Sequence record: LC765218.1
DNA length: 64,000 nucleotides
Reading direction: 5' to 3' (one strand)
Shown one piece after another: positions 38,090-47,450 of this stretch (positions within the stretch are counted from its first letter, which is position 1; each line of letters starts with the position of its first letter). The position numbers were made by a program, and so were the translations under genes. The notes beneath the pieces are model-generated. The model had not been told where the DNA came from. It was given only the letters and a program-made list of their open reading frames with translations, and searched no databases.

Positions 38090-38107
38090 GCCCTCCTTCG
38101 GGAGGGC
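38090..38107 (+). terminator. Stem-loop, UUCG
   Basis: GCCCTCC-TTCG-GGAGGGC. Confidence 0.75.
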
Positions 38108-38135
38108 TTCTATTTCGTAAAGAGGAAAATCAAAA

Positions 38136-38516
38136 ATGAAACGTAAACTCGTAGATGTACAAGGTCTTCCCCGGCTTATCGTCGAACGTATCTCCAAACA
38201 TCGCATGCATCACCATAAGGATCGTGGTTGCAGTCCGCTGATTGTATTCGAACTGAATACCGCCCTCACTCGCATGGAAGTTCTTCTAGAGGCATTGTCT
38301 AAGATTGATTTCTATGACATGTCTCTTGTTCATGATCAGATCTTGTTTGACACAGAAGATGGCGATAACATCATCGCTATCTTCACTTCTTTCCAACGTC
38401 AGTTCATTGGACGCAATCCAACGACTGTTCTGCTTTTCGATGCAATTATCGACCTGTGCACTACTCTCCACATTCGCGACGAAGAATGGTGGGTTGAATA
38501 TAGCCGTTTCAATTAA
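38136..38516 (+). CDS. Hypothetical protein
   Basis: GAGG RBS. Confidence 0.7.
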   Translation: MKRKLVDVQGLPRLIVERISKHRMHHHKDRGCSPLIVFELNTALTRMEVLLEALSKIDFYDMSLVHDQILFDTEDGDNIIAIFTSFQRQFIGRNPTTVLLFDAIIDLCTTLHIRDEEWWVEYSRFN

Positions 38517-38533
38517 CCAAAAGGAATATACAA

Positions 38534-39049
38534 ATGAAACATATCGTAGTTTATGGTAAGCAGGGTGTAATCATCGCACGTGATAAAGCCAATGAAGATA
38601 CGGACATCCGTTTCGATTGGGGTATGCGGCGAGAAGGCGAGGAAGATCTTGTAACCTATCGCGGTGAAACCGCGAAGCTTTTGGTTATCCAGTCTGGCGA
38701 TTGGGCAGCAAATGAACTTGTCCGTAATCGTCTAAAAATTCTTGACTTTGGTGGAAATATCATCGATGTCGATATCATCGATGCTCTTACCGATGAACTG
38801 GGGAATCATAAAGGCGATATCTGTGTCGCTCTTTTTACTGACCATTCGGTAACCACATTCACCCGAGATTACTCTGACAACAGTACTAGGGTCATCACAG
38901 ATATCTATCCCGAAACTGGTATGAGTTTCGTTAAGTCTCCTGACGTTGATCTCGATGGACTGGAGGACGCCGATACCCTCGATGAATTCTCCCAGTTGTT
39001 CTGGAAGGATCTTGATCTGATCATTAACGGATGGTACGAATTCAAATGA
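38534..39049 (+). CDS. Hypothetical protein
   Basis: AAGGA RBS. Confidence 0.7.
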   Translation: MKHIVVYGKQGVIIARDKANEDTDIRFDWGMRREGEEDLVTYRGETAKLLVIQSGDWAANELVRNRLKILDFGGNIIDVDIIDALTDELGNHKGDICVALFTDHSVTTFTRDYSDNSTRVITDIYPETGMSFVKSPDVDLDGLEDADTLDEFSQLFWKDLDLIINGWYEFK

Positions 39050-39489
39050 GTGCTTTCATTCCTCAATGGCGTCGTGACACCAATAACATCGACCATAAAT
39101 ACGGCTTCGAACTGGCTGCATACGGTAACACCAACGGTTCCGGTATCTATGCTTTCATCGAACGTCACGTCAAATACGTAAACAAGAAAAAGAAACAGGA
39201 ACATGATGAAGTTATTCAAGTAATTCATCTTGGTAAACCGTATATCCGTAACTGGGTACATTACCCGGTAATCAATTCTACTGATCTCGGTTTGTTGTTC
39301 GGTCATGATGATGACATGCTTGACGATGCTTACAACCGTATTCAAACTGCGGAGTACGTATCGGTAGAGTTGATGGAATCTATTTCAAAAGAATATCAGG
39401 TCTATATCACAGCTGTGATTGACGATATCAAATACGTGTTCAGTCCTGAACGCACATTCAAGTCTGATGAGGGTTATGAAAATGGCTAA
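39046..39489 (+). CDS. Hypothetical protein
   Basis: ATGA-coupled ORF. Confidence 0.65.
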   Translation: MSAFIPQWRRDTNNIDHKYGFELAAYGNTNGSGIYAFIERHVKYVNKKKKQEHDEVIQVIHLGKPYIRNWVHYPVINSTDLGLLFGHDDDMLDDAYNRIQTAEYVSVELMESISKEYQVYITAVIDDIKYVFSPERTFKSDEGYENG

Positions 39490-40000
39490 GTCTAAGGAAC
39501 AGAAGAAAGCAGAAGCATTGGAACGTGCTCGTCATGCGTATCTGCGTGACAATCTTTACACCTTCTGCGGTTATATGCCTGGCGGTTCTCACTGGATTAT
39601 TGACGGTGATCCGAACGAACAACTTGAAGGGATGTTGGTCCAATGCAAATTGGTGATGGATAAGGTGAAAGAGCTCAAGCTCGAAAATCTGACTGCCAAC
39701 AAATCCATGTGGACCACCATGACAAGTTGGGATCCGCTGCATGTATTTACGTTCCTGATTGGACGTAAAGAAAATTTGTTGGAGTTGATCCGACAAATGC
39801 ATGATGCCCACTGCGCTGAAATGCCCGAGGGTGATCCGTGCCGCCGTGATCTTTACGGTAATGGTTTCGTTCGGGAAGAAGAACTGAATAAGTTCGTTAA
39901 ATGGTTGAAAGTAAGTCATCCGAAGTTCTTCACCACCTACAACTGGATGTCCTATAACGAAATTATCAAACCCGTCCAACCTAAAGTTACAACTGCTTAA
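39482..40000 (+). CDS. Hypothetical helical protein (paralogue set A)
   Basis: MAKSKEQKKAEALERA. Confidence 0.65.
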   Translation: MAKSKEQKKAEALERARHAYLRDNLYTFCGYMPGGSHWIIDGDPNEQLEGMLVQCKLVMDKVKELKLENLTANKSMWTTMTSWDPLHVFTFLIGRKENLLELIRQMHDAHCAEMPEGDPCRRDLYGNGFVREEELNKFVKWLKVSHPKFFTTYNWMSYNEIIKPVQPKVTTA

Positions 40001-40026
40001 TTCCATCAAGCCCTGAGGAAATAGAA

Positions 40027-40482
40027 ATGCCTAAAGTTAATTCCATGCTCGAAAACAAACTCCGTGATCTGGCCAAGGACGAGCGTTACTACGCTGTGCT
40101 GACCGAACTGTTCCCGGCCATGATGCGTACCATGCCGTCTGGTCTGAACTACAAACCTGGTCGTGAAGGTGTTGTCGAGTTCCATCATCGCCTGGCTGAA
40201 CTGAATGACATCGTTCGTGAGATTGATGTCAGTTGGGGTGGTATGCCGATTGAAGACGAACCTTTCGTTAAATTGGCTACCATCGATTCTCTGGTGGTTC
40301 TTTCCACTCCGGCTGGTGTCCGTAAGTATGTTCACCAATGGCGTGATATCTGTAAAGCGCTGGAACTACCGGCAGACTCCGATGTATGGCGTGCACGTCA
40401 ACCTGAAGGGGTTGATATGAAATCTGTCTGGGCTGAGTTCCAGGAGGAACTCATTGCTTATCTACGCGAGGTAGTAGTCTAA
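40027..40482 (+). CDS. Hypothetical protein (paralogue set B)
   Basis: LENKLRDL..FPAMM...NYK. Confidence 0.7.
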   Translation: MPKVNSMLENKLRDLAKDERYYAVLTELFPAMMRTMPSGLNYKPGREGVVEFHHRLAELNDIVREIDVSWGGMPIEDEPFVKLATIDSLVVLSTPAGVRKYVHQWRDICKALELPADSDVWRARQPEGVDMKSVWAEFQEELIAYLREVVV

Positions 40483-40943
40483 TGGCTAAAGCAACCACCA
40501 ACCCCATTATCCAGGAAAAACTGAACGAACTGCGATACGATAGCGACTGGCTTTACTACATGTCTATCCAATTTCCGAGTTGGATGTCCATGACGCCCGG
40601 AGCATCGAACTATAAAAACAGCATGACTCCAGATGAGTATTACGCACATATCCAAGCCTGGCGTTCGATGACGGATGATCTGATTCGTGTTCGTGAGGTT
40701 CTTGGTATCAGCATGAGCGGAATGACCAGTGAAACTCTGGTTCATTTGGATGTTAATGAAGTTATGCGTGAGTTCAGTCTGTCGGCTACACTGCGTAACC
40801 ATCGGAACCAATGGAAAGCTAATATGCTTTACCTAGGTCTTGATTGCGGCGACCACCTCTGGCGTCCAAAAGAAAGAGAGCTGGTAGTTGGTCAAACTGA
40901 GTGGGCTCGTTTCCGCGAGGCCATCATCAATGGCGTTTACTAA
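40482..40943 (+). CDS. Hypothetical protein (paralogue set B)
   Basis: IQEKLNEL..FPSWM...NYK. Confidence 0.7.
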   Translation: MAKATTNPIIQEKLNELRYDSDWLYYMSIQFPSWMSMTPGASNYKNSMTPDEYYAHIQAWRSMTDDLIRVREVLGISMSGMTSETLVHLDVNEVMREFSLSATLRNHRNQWKANMLYLGLDCGDHLWRPKERELVVGQTEWARFREAIINGVY

Positions 40944-40952
40944 GGAACTAAA

Positions 40953-41546
40953 ATGAAAAAGCTTACTCTGGAAGCCCTCCGAGGCAAACTACATGCAATG
41001 GCTTTTCTGCGGGTCAACTATCATGGTTGGATCATTCAACGTAATCGTGCAGCTGGCTACGATTTGATTAATATCGTTTATGACGATACCACTATCCTGG
41101 TAGGTACAGACGATCCCAAGCGGATTGGTTCTTTCAACAAATGGATGTCGGGTGTAGAGAAAGGTTATCTCGAACCGGTTAATGCCACCATTCGAAAGAT
41201 GTATTTGTCTCCTGAAGCTTTAGTCATGAATGGTGATTCCGAGGGTATGGATCTGGATGATCACCTCGGTTTCATCGGAGACGTACTTGGTAAGAATATC
41301 CAGGTCATAAAAGATGCTCGTCGTGAAAACAGTTTTGGTCATTATGTTCTAAAAGATGACAAGCTGTGGTACGTACACTACATGCCAAGTATCTACAAAG
41401 TCAATACGGGTGAAATGTTGTTCACCTGTTTTGAAGGTGAATACAAAAGTATTCCAGAATATCCGCAAACTTACGCTCCGGTAAGAATGCAGTTCAAGGT
41501 CGAATATAACCTTTCTGGTCGAGTGGAGCATCATGATGGAGACTAA
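40953..41546 (+). CDS. Hypothetical protein
   Basis: AAGGA RBS. Confidence 0.7.
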   Translation: MKKLTLEALRGKLHAMAFLRVNYHGWIIQRNRAAGYDLINIVYDDTTILVGTDDPKRIGSFNKWMSGVEKGYLEPVNATIRKMYLSPEALVMNGDSEGMDLDDHLGFIGDVLGKNIQVIKDARRENSFGHYVLKDDKLWYVHYMPSIYKVNTGEMLFTCFEGEYKSIPEYPQTYAPVRMQFKVEYNLSGRVEHHDGD

Positions 41547-42042
41547 AAAATCGACAAAGACACGTCGTCAAATCGCTGCATTTAAAAGAGCATTCGAATC
41601 ATGGATGGTGACGATTCGTAAGTTTCATTCTTACTCTGGTAAAGGTACACCAGATGTCAGTGTGATGACCGATCTCCTTCATTGCCATAGGAATCTTCTA
41701 TGTGTAGCGAAAGAAAACGGTATCTACATGGACGTGATGGGAGTAGATCCTGCTAACCACACTGTCTATGAACATGCGAGTTGGTTGCTTTCGTATTCCT
41801 ATTGGGACACGATCGTACATCTGAACTTTCAACTACCAAAGAACAAGTTTAAAATCTGGTCAGAACATCCCGTTAGCGAGAGACGTGCTTTCGGGAAAGC
41901 ACTTAATGTTCTTGCACTGGCTTTCAAACATTACGATGAACACAAAGAACTCCTCCGTGAGTTTAGGGATATTGAAAATGGCAAAAACGCAAAAGCAGAA
42001 AGCGCTGGAAGCAGCAACCCGGAAGCTGATCAAGTTCTATAG
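41533..42042 (+). CDS. Hypothetical helical protein (paralogue set A)
   Basis: SWLLSYSYWDTIVHLN. Confidence 0.6.
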   Translation: MMETKKSTKTRRQIAAFKRAFESWMVTIRKFHSYSGKGTPDVSVMTDLLHCHRNLLCVAKENGIYMDVMGVDPANHTVYEHASWLLSYSYWDTIVHLNFQLPKNKFKIWSEHPVSERRAFGKALNVLALAFKHYDEHKELLREFRDIENGKNAKAESAGSSNPEADQVL

Positions 42043-42424
42043 TGATACGTTTCCGATGTTGATCGTAGCTATCGAAATGTGCGAGGGTGATGGTTCCGAC
42101 CATCGCCTTCGTGCGGTATTCGATGCCTATAAAAAGACCTGTAAGATGGCAGAAGAGGCAGGAGTTGATCTTAGCCTCTATGGGGTCAAGCTAACTGACG
42201 TTGATACATTCACTAGTTTCCGCTGGTTCATCGAAGGTGACTATATTTGGGACATGATCAAGAAGCTCAATAAGGCGAAATATGATCAGGTTTCAGATCT
42301 TCCTCGCCTGACCGAATGGAGTGAGTTAGACGGCCATCAAAAACTTCAGTTCGCTCAAGGTCGTAATTACATCATCGATCGGCTTAAAGAAAAAGCCACT
42401 TGCGACCGATTCAAAAACTATTAA
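41978..42424 (+). CDS. Hypothetical helical protein (paralogue set A)
   Basis: MAKTQKQKALEAA; RWFIEGDYIWDMIKKLN. Confidence 0.65.
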   Translation: MAKTQKQKALEAATRKLIKFYSDTFPMLIVAIEMCEGDGSDHRLRAVFDAYKKTCKMAEEAGVDLSLYGVKLTDVDTFTSFRWFIEGDYIWDMIKKLNKAKYDQVSDLPRLTEWSELDGHQKLQFAQGRNYIIDRLKEKATCDRFKNY

Positions 42425-42431
42425 AAGGAGA

Positions 42432-42953
42432 TTGAAAATGACTAAGACTCTTCATGTCGTACGTGTCCGGGACGGTATCGTCGATAGCCTCAATAACGAG
42501 GGTTTGTGGATCGACAAACATGTAAACTGTCTTGAAGACAAATGGGAAGCTTACAAGCAGACCGTTCAGTTTCAAAACATGAACTGGGGTACTCTGTACT
42601 TCGTTAGCGAGGTCGATCCGAGCACTGGTGGTGACCTTACTCCTTATCGTTATCATGAGGTATGGATCTGTCAGCGAGGTGTTGTACAGAAGCTGGATCT
42701 GGTCGGTGATCTCGAAACTGGTATGATTGGTCCTGACCATGTCGTTGCGATTGTAACCACAAACGACGGTATAGAATATGGTTTCGTAAACAGTGTCTGG
42801 GGTGATCGTCTGGATCACAGCCATTACTACGGAGATGCTATTATGCTCCCGTGTGAAAATGCACAAGAGGCAGCAGCAGTAAATCGTATTCTGGAGAAAC
42901 TCTCGAATGGGATTACTCTGTCGGTTCCTCTTGTAATGAAACGGATTAAATAA
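42432..42953 (+). CDS. Hypothetical protein
   Basis: AGGAG RBS. Confidence 0.7.
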   Translation: MKMTKTLHVVRVRDGIVDSLNNEGLWIDKHVNCLEDKWEAYKQTVQFQNMNWGTLYFVSEVDPSTGGDLTPYRYHEVWICQRGVVQKLDLVGDLETGMIGPDHVVAIVTTNDGIEYGFVNSVWGDRLDHSHYYGDAIMLPCENAQEAAAVNRILEKLSNGITLSVPLVMKRIK

Positions 42954-42966
42954 CGGAGTACTTCCC

Positions 42967-43326
42967 ATGGACTACAAATGGCACGGTAAGATCGTTGTAG
43001 AGATTCACGGTAGTGGTTGCAGCAATGGATCCGGTGTAAGTTATCTGGTACGGGAGGGTTCCAAAAAGCATGATCAACGAGACTATGCTATTATTTCCCG
43101 TATCGGATTCCAAGATACCTTGTTACTCGATGAGCATGAGGTCGAAGACTATCTGAATAACGTAGCTCCTTCGATCGCTCATGCCATTTGGGAGTCCGAA
43201 GGGCGGCCGAGTGATAATCGCATGAATATCCGTGCTCTACGTGTAGACATGGACAGTCTGTTCAATAGGTTCCAGATTTATTCTGGAAGTCCTATCGATA
43301 TGGACGATAGCTACAAGGCCGTGTAA
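42967..43326 (+). CDS. Hypothetical protein
   Basis: GGAG RBS. Confidence 0.65.
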   Translation: MDYKWHGKIVVEIHGSGCSNGSGVSYLVREGSKKHDQRDYAIISRIGFQDTLLLDEHEVEDYLNNVAPSIAHAIWESEGRPSDNRMNIRALRVDMDSLFNRFQIYSGSPIDMDDSYKAV

Positions 43327-43390
43327 GGCTCATAGACGATGGATGTTGTAAAAGGCATCCATCGTATGAGTTTATCAAGAGAAACGCATC

Positions 43391-43906
43391 ATGGACAAAC
43401 CAGAGCTGTTGTATCATGGCTCTCTCTACAAACAGAAGGAACTCATGCCAGGCTTTAAAAGGTCCGGTAAGTTAACAGTGTGGGATGGGGTTGAGTCTAA
43501 CCTAAATCTTTACGCTACCTCTGTCAAACGAGAAGCTGAACTACTTGGAATAGGTAGCGCTGTAGAAAAAGAGTTTAACTCTGATCGCTTCGTTGAGATC
43601 AATGGCGACATATGGATCTTCTCCGATCGATTAATCACACTTGAAGAATTCCTCAAGTTGACGATCTATGTTTACACTATTCCCTTCCGCGATTCAGATG
43701 GATGGCAGAAGAATAATAATCCGTATAACAACATTGATACTGAATGGACTACTCGGAAGACTATCCACAATGTCACAGTTGAAGAGGTAGACCTTCGTGA
43801 AGTTATGAAGGGTAAAGTTGTTACTTCGACTACTGCGCCCATGGATACAGATTTCAAGGTTCTTCTGCGTCGATATCCGAAAGACGTATTGATGTATAAA
43901 TTCTGA
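43391..43906 (+). CDS. ADP-ribosyltransferase-fold protein (Arr-like)
   Basis: LLYHGS..L.PG, NLYATS..EA, IYVYTI, distal TEW. Confidence 0.6.
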   Translation: MDKPELLYHGSLYKQKELMPGFKRSGKLTVWDGVESNLNLYATSVKREAELLGIGSAVEKEFNSDRFVEINGDIWIFSDRLITLEEFLKLTIYVYTIPFRDSDGWQKNNNPYNNIDTEWTTRKTIHNVTVEEVDLREVMKGKVVTSTTAPMDTDFKVLLRRYPKDVLMYKF

Positions 43907-43924
43907 GAGCTCTTCGGAGCTCTC
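43905..43924 (+). terminator. Stem-loop terminator, UUCG
   Basis: GAGAGCTC-TTCG-GAGCTCTC-TTT. Confidence 0.85.
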
Positions 43925-43947
43925 TTTATTTCCTCACGAGGTTTGAT

Positions 43948-44184
43948 ATGCTGACAGTTATCTTTAAGAGACATGACAAGCGTCATGAGCTCTGTATTGG
44001 CAATCCTGAAGATCTTATCGCTCTGTTGATTGTATTGCAGAATAGCGATGAGGTCAGTGAATATAAAGTTATTAACTCCGATTCAGGTGTAGTTAAAGAC
44101 TTTAAGATTTCTTTTGGTTGGGGTAATGAGTTCTTTAGTAAGAATGCTCCTGATGGTTTCACCTGGAGCAATAACCTTATCTAA
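43948..44184 (+). CDS. Hypothetical protein
   Basis: GAGG RBS. Confidence 0.65.
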   Translation: MLTVIFKRHDKRHELCIGNPEDLIALLIVLQNSDEVSEYKVINSDSGVVKDFKISFGWGNEFFSKNAPDGFTWSNNLI

Positions 44185-44426
44185 AAAAAGTTAAGGAATT
44201 TTATACTGGATCACCTTGATCTAATGAGGGGGAGATTACCCCTCTTTATTCTTCTTTTAATATACACTACCTTTAGGTACATCCGAAATGAGTATTAAAC
44301 TCCCAATACAATCCAGCATAATAGTTCCTCGGATAGCAGCTACCTCAAGAGTAGCTGTACCGAGTAAGAATACACTCCCCACCCCCGTTGTATGTAATTA
44401 CTTTAACCAAAAGAGGAAAATGCGAC

Positions 44427-45224
44427 ATGGCTAAATTCATTGGTATCTACGACCGTTTCGATATGGAGAAGGTCAAACAGGTTTTCAAGCTAACTGAACT
44501 TGACGATCTGGAAATCATTCCCTGTAATGGAGAGAACTTGCTGACTGGTGTAGTCGCTTACACTGGTGGTAACATCAGTCGTTATATGGAAGAGCAGCTT
44601 CATCAGGCTAAACTGATTCTGAATGGCCTCGGTATCTATTGCGAACACAATGAAGTCGACGTAGAAGATTCCAGCGCCACTAAGGTATACCTTGGACCGC
44701 ATGGTGATCTGTATCTGCTTTGTAAGAGCCATGTAGACTTCTTCGGAATGTCCCGTGAAGAAACCTGTTCACTGGGTATTGGTGATGGGTTCGCTCGTCC
44801 TGTTCAAATCCGTACCGACAACAACGAACACCTGTTCATTCGTGAGTTCTACTTCATGGGTGAACATAACGCACTGCGAAATGCGCGCCGCTATTTGCAG
44901 CACATCGTTCGCCGGAGTCGTCTCCTGAAAGAATCGGATATGGAGGAGATTTCTCGTCGAGCTGCTGGTAAGGTTACCATCATCGGAATTACTAGCCACG
45001 GTGTTGTCTACGATCTGGTTTCTCCGAAAGCGATCAAACAAATCCACAACATTCAATGGCGTCTGGATCCGATTGCTGAGCGTGTGGCTGGTTACACGAT
45101 CTATCAGGTTACCAGTAAATGCCGTGAACTTCCAGTAGCAACTAAATGGTCTCTGTTGGCTCTGGCTGATCGTGACTATCGTGATGCTATTAACCAATTC
45201 CTCCCGGAACAAGGTACCGAATAA
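44427..45224 (+). CDS. Hypothetical protein
   Basis: GAGG RBS before ATG 44427. Confidence 0.7.
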   Translation: MAKFIGIYDRFDMEKVKQVFKLTELDDLEIIPCNGENLLTGVVAYTGGNISRYMEEQLHQAKLILNGLGIYCEHNEVDVEDSSATKVYLGPHGDLYLLCKSHVDFFGMSREETCSLGIGDGFARPVQIRTDNNEHLFIREFYFMGEHNALRNARRYLQHIVRRSRLLKESDMEEISRRAAGKVTIIGITSHGVVYDLVSPKAIKQIHNIQWRLDPIAERVAGYTIYQVTSKCRELPVATKWSLLALADRDYRDAINQFLPEQGTE

Positions 45225-45433
45225 TGTACTCTATCGCCTGGAATCAACTCGTTGACGATATTCTCAGTAAAGGCGTACTGCCTGTAACCATGAAAGCTAA
45301 AGCTGAGATGCCTACTCGGGCAAGACCACAGGTGATAACTGCATACGCGGACGGGATCTTCCCCGTCCGTGATATGTCGTGTCTTCCACATTCTCGTAAA
45401 TCGGTTTATTACAAACAAGGAAATGAAGTATGA
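45224..45433 (+). CDS. Hypothetical protein
   Basis: TAATG-coupled ORF. Confidence 0.6.
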   Translation: MYSIAWNQLVDDILSKGVLPVTMKAKAEMPTRARPQVITAYADGIFPVRDMSCLPHSRKSVYYKQGNEV

Positions 45434-45771
45434 ACGCTATCGAACAAGTAAACGCTGTTGAACATGATGAGTACGTCGATCTGGTTTTCCCGTACATGAT
45501 CGAAGATTTGGCTAACGCTGTCGATGGTGTTAACATCGCTGCATTGGAAGGTTTGGATTATCACATCGATAAGGCCCGCCAATACAAGGAAGAATGGGAG
45601 CAGGCTGGTCTGAGTTTCAACCGTGCCTCTCTGATCTACCTTCTCACCTTCATGCGTGTATTCATTCAGGATACCCCGAAGCACGAATCCTGTCAGTGGG
45701 TCATCAACAACTACAAGACTTATCTGCCGTTCTTGGAACGCGGTGAAGCCATCCATATTTTGGAGGAGTGA
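45430..45771 (+). CDS. Hypothetical protein
   Basis: ATGA-coupled ORF. Confidence 0.65.
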   Translation: MNAIEQVNAVEHDEYVDLVFPYMIEDLANAVDGVNIAALEGLDYHIDKARQYKEEWEQAGLSFNRASLIYLLTFMRVFIQDTPKHESCQWVINNYKTYLPFLERGEAIHILEE

Positions 45772-46334
45772 ATATGAAAGGACAAATGCATTTCGCCCAG
45801 GCAGTTTTTGCCGATCAGGTTGTTTTCTTCGGTCGTAAGGATTGCGGTTTCAATACCCATGTCGTTCGCTTCCATGAAAATAACGACAACACTTACCATC
45901 CCCCGCAGGAAGAACGCAAACAGAAAATCAAGTGTATCATCATTGGTGGTGAAGATACTCTGGTTCGTCGTATTCGTGATCTGCTTTGGGATGATGATGT
46001 TGGCCGGTTTTACGATAGCTTTACTTCCGGCCATCTGAGTGAGATCCGCGCGTTGATCCAAGAAACCCATCACGATAACGGCGCTCAAGGTAACTGTCTG
46101 TTCATTAATGAACATCATCACGTTTATGATGTGTTCTGCGGTTATACCTATAATACTTCGATTCCGTTGACGCAGTGGTATCCGGACACTGCTATTGCGA
46201 AATCGTTGTATCATGGGATGGAAACCGGAGAATTGAAGACCGTCAAACTGTCGGGCTATGTGCTTGCAATGGAGCGTGTCGGTTTGCTCGCTGCGTGCGG
46301 GTATGATCGTTGGCGTGTAATTGACTTTGAGTGA
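45768..46334 (+). CDS. Hypothetical protein
   Basis: GGAGG RBS; coupled. Confidence 0.65.
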   Translation: MNMKGQMHFAQAVFADQVVFFGRKDCGFNTHVVRFHENNDNTYHPPQEERKQKIKCIIIGGEDTLVRRIRDLLWDDDVGRFYDSFTSGHLSEIRALIQETHHDNGAQGNCLFINEHHHVYDVFCGYTYNTSIPLTQWYPDTAIAKSLYHGMETGELKTVKLSGYVLAMERVGLLAACGYDRWRVIDFE

Positions 46335-46543
46335 ATGAAATGACTTATCGTGTTACTGTTCGTGCTAGTGAACGAATTGAAGCTTCAGCCTTGAAAGGGC
46401 GGACTTCTTATCTCTGTGCAGAAAAGGATGAACCCCTAACTCTGCTCGGTCAGATTCCTGGGACTGATCAATTTGTGGTCAGTGTTCAGGATCGTGCACG
46501 TCCTCTGGTATTCAAAGCCAGGGAACATGAACTGAAGTTCTAG
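46331..46543 (+). CDS. Small beta-rich protein (SH3-like?)
   Basis: LCAEKDEPLTLL..QFVV. Confidence 0.55.
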   Translation: MNEMTYRVTVRASERIEASALKGRTSYLCAEKDEPLTLLGQIPGTDQFVVSVQDRARPLVFKAREHELKF

Positions 46544-46578
46544 AAAAAGTAGACCTCTATTCTAACCGTTTAGAGGTC

Positions 46579-46586
46579 TATATTAC
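46579..46586 (+). promoter_or_regulatory. phiKZ-type early promoter core overlapping an inverted repeat
   Basis: TATATTAC; IR arms 46550-46559 and 46571-46580. Confidence 0.65.
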
Positions 46587-46622
46587 TTTTATGCCGTTAA
46601 GCTTAACCAAAAGGAAAATGCA

Positions 46623-47450
46623 ATGAACTTCAATGAAAGTGTCACAGCTGTCATGAACATTTACGTTGATGATCGTGAAAATAAATATGCGAAATATGTA
46701 GCGCGAGCTGCGCGTGAGGAAATTAAGTCATTCAATCTGAGTGAACTCACCAAGAACCATCGGATGCGTATTTCCGATAACGTGGAACCACATCTTCTTC
46801 GTTTTCATTTGCCGGGAGAACAAACGCAAAAGCTTTACCCGTATCATCAACTGATGCGTCGTCTGGCATATATCGAAGATTTCACCCTTAATGGCGACGT
46901 TAAGGTGGATGTAAAAATCGCACGTAATGTGTATCGTCCACCACACGTCGTAAACTTCACTGAAGGATTCTGGTTCGGTCCTGAAGTTCAGTCGTACAAA
47001 ATTTACAAGAATGCCCGAGGGAGAAAGGCTGAGTTCCGTCCCGGTTACGACGATTTGATCGAAGAAATCTATGTCGTCGGTGAAGGATCCTGGGCACAGA
47101 AATGTGCAGGTGAGCTTCGTCGTATTTCCCGTGAAGGTGGTAAAGAATACCGGTTCCCTATTGAGAAAATTAAAAAGCAGCAATGGCGTTATAAGTTCCT
47201 CCGCGGACAATGCTTTATCATCTTCAAGTGTTATACTGGTCTATTCATTGTGACCTATGAGCAACCTTTGTATCAACGTCACATTGGCGATGAAGAAAGG
47301 AAGAACCACGGTTACATGATCGGTGGGGAATATATTCCCGCACTCACTGAAAACATGCTTTCGATGGCCAACCATGAGATTATCGAGAAGCATCCGATCC
47401 AAAATACATACACTCGTGGAAACTTCAGCTACGTGAGGGAAAAGAAATGA
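46623..47450 (+). CDS. Hypothetical protein
   Basis: AAGGA RBS; coupled to AAA gene. Confidence 0.7.
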   Translation: MNFNESVTAVMNIYVDDRENKYAKYVARAAREEIKSFNLSELTKNHRMRISDNVEPHLLRFHLPGEQTQKLYPYHQLMRRLAYIEDFTLNGDVKVDVKIARNVYRPPHVVNFTEGFWFGPEVQSYKIYKNARGRKAEFRPGYDDLIEEIYVVGEGSWAQKCAGELRRISREGGKEYRFPIEKIKKQQWRYKFLRGQCFIIFKCYTGLFIVTYEQPLYQRHIGDEERKNHGYMIGGEYIPALTENMLSMANHEIIEKHPIQNTYTRGNFSYVREKK

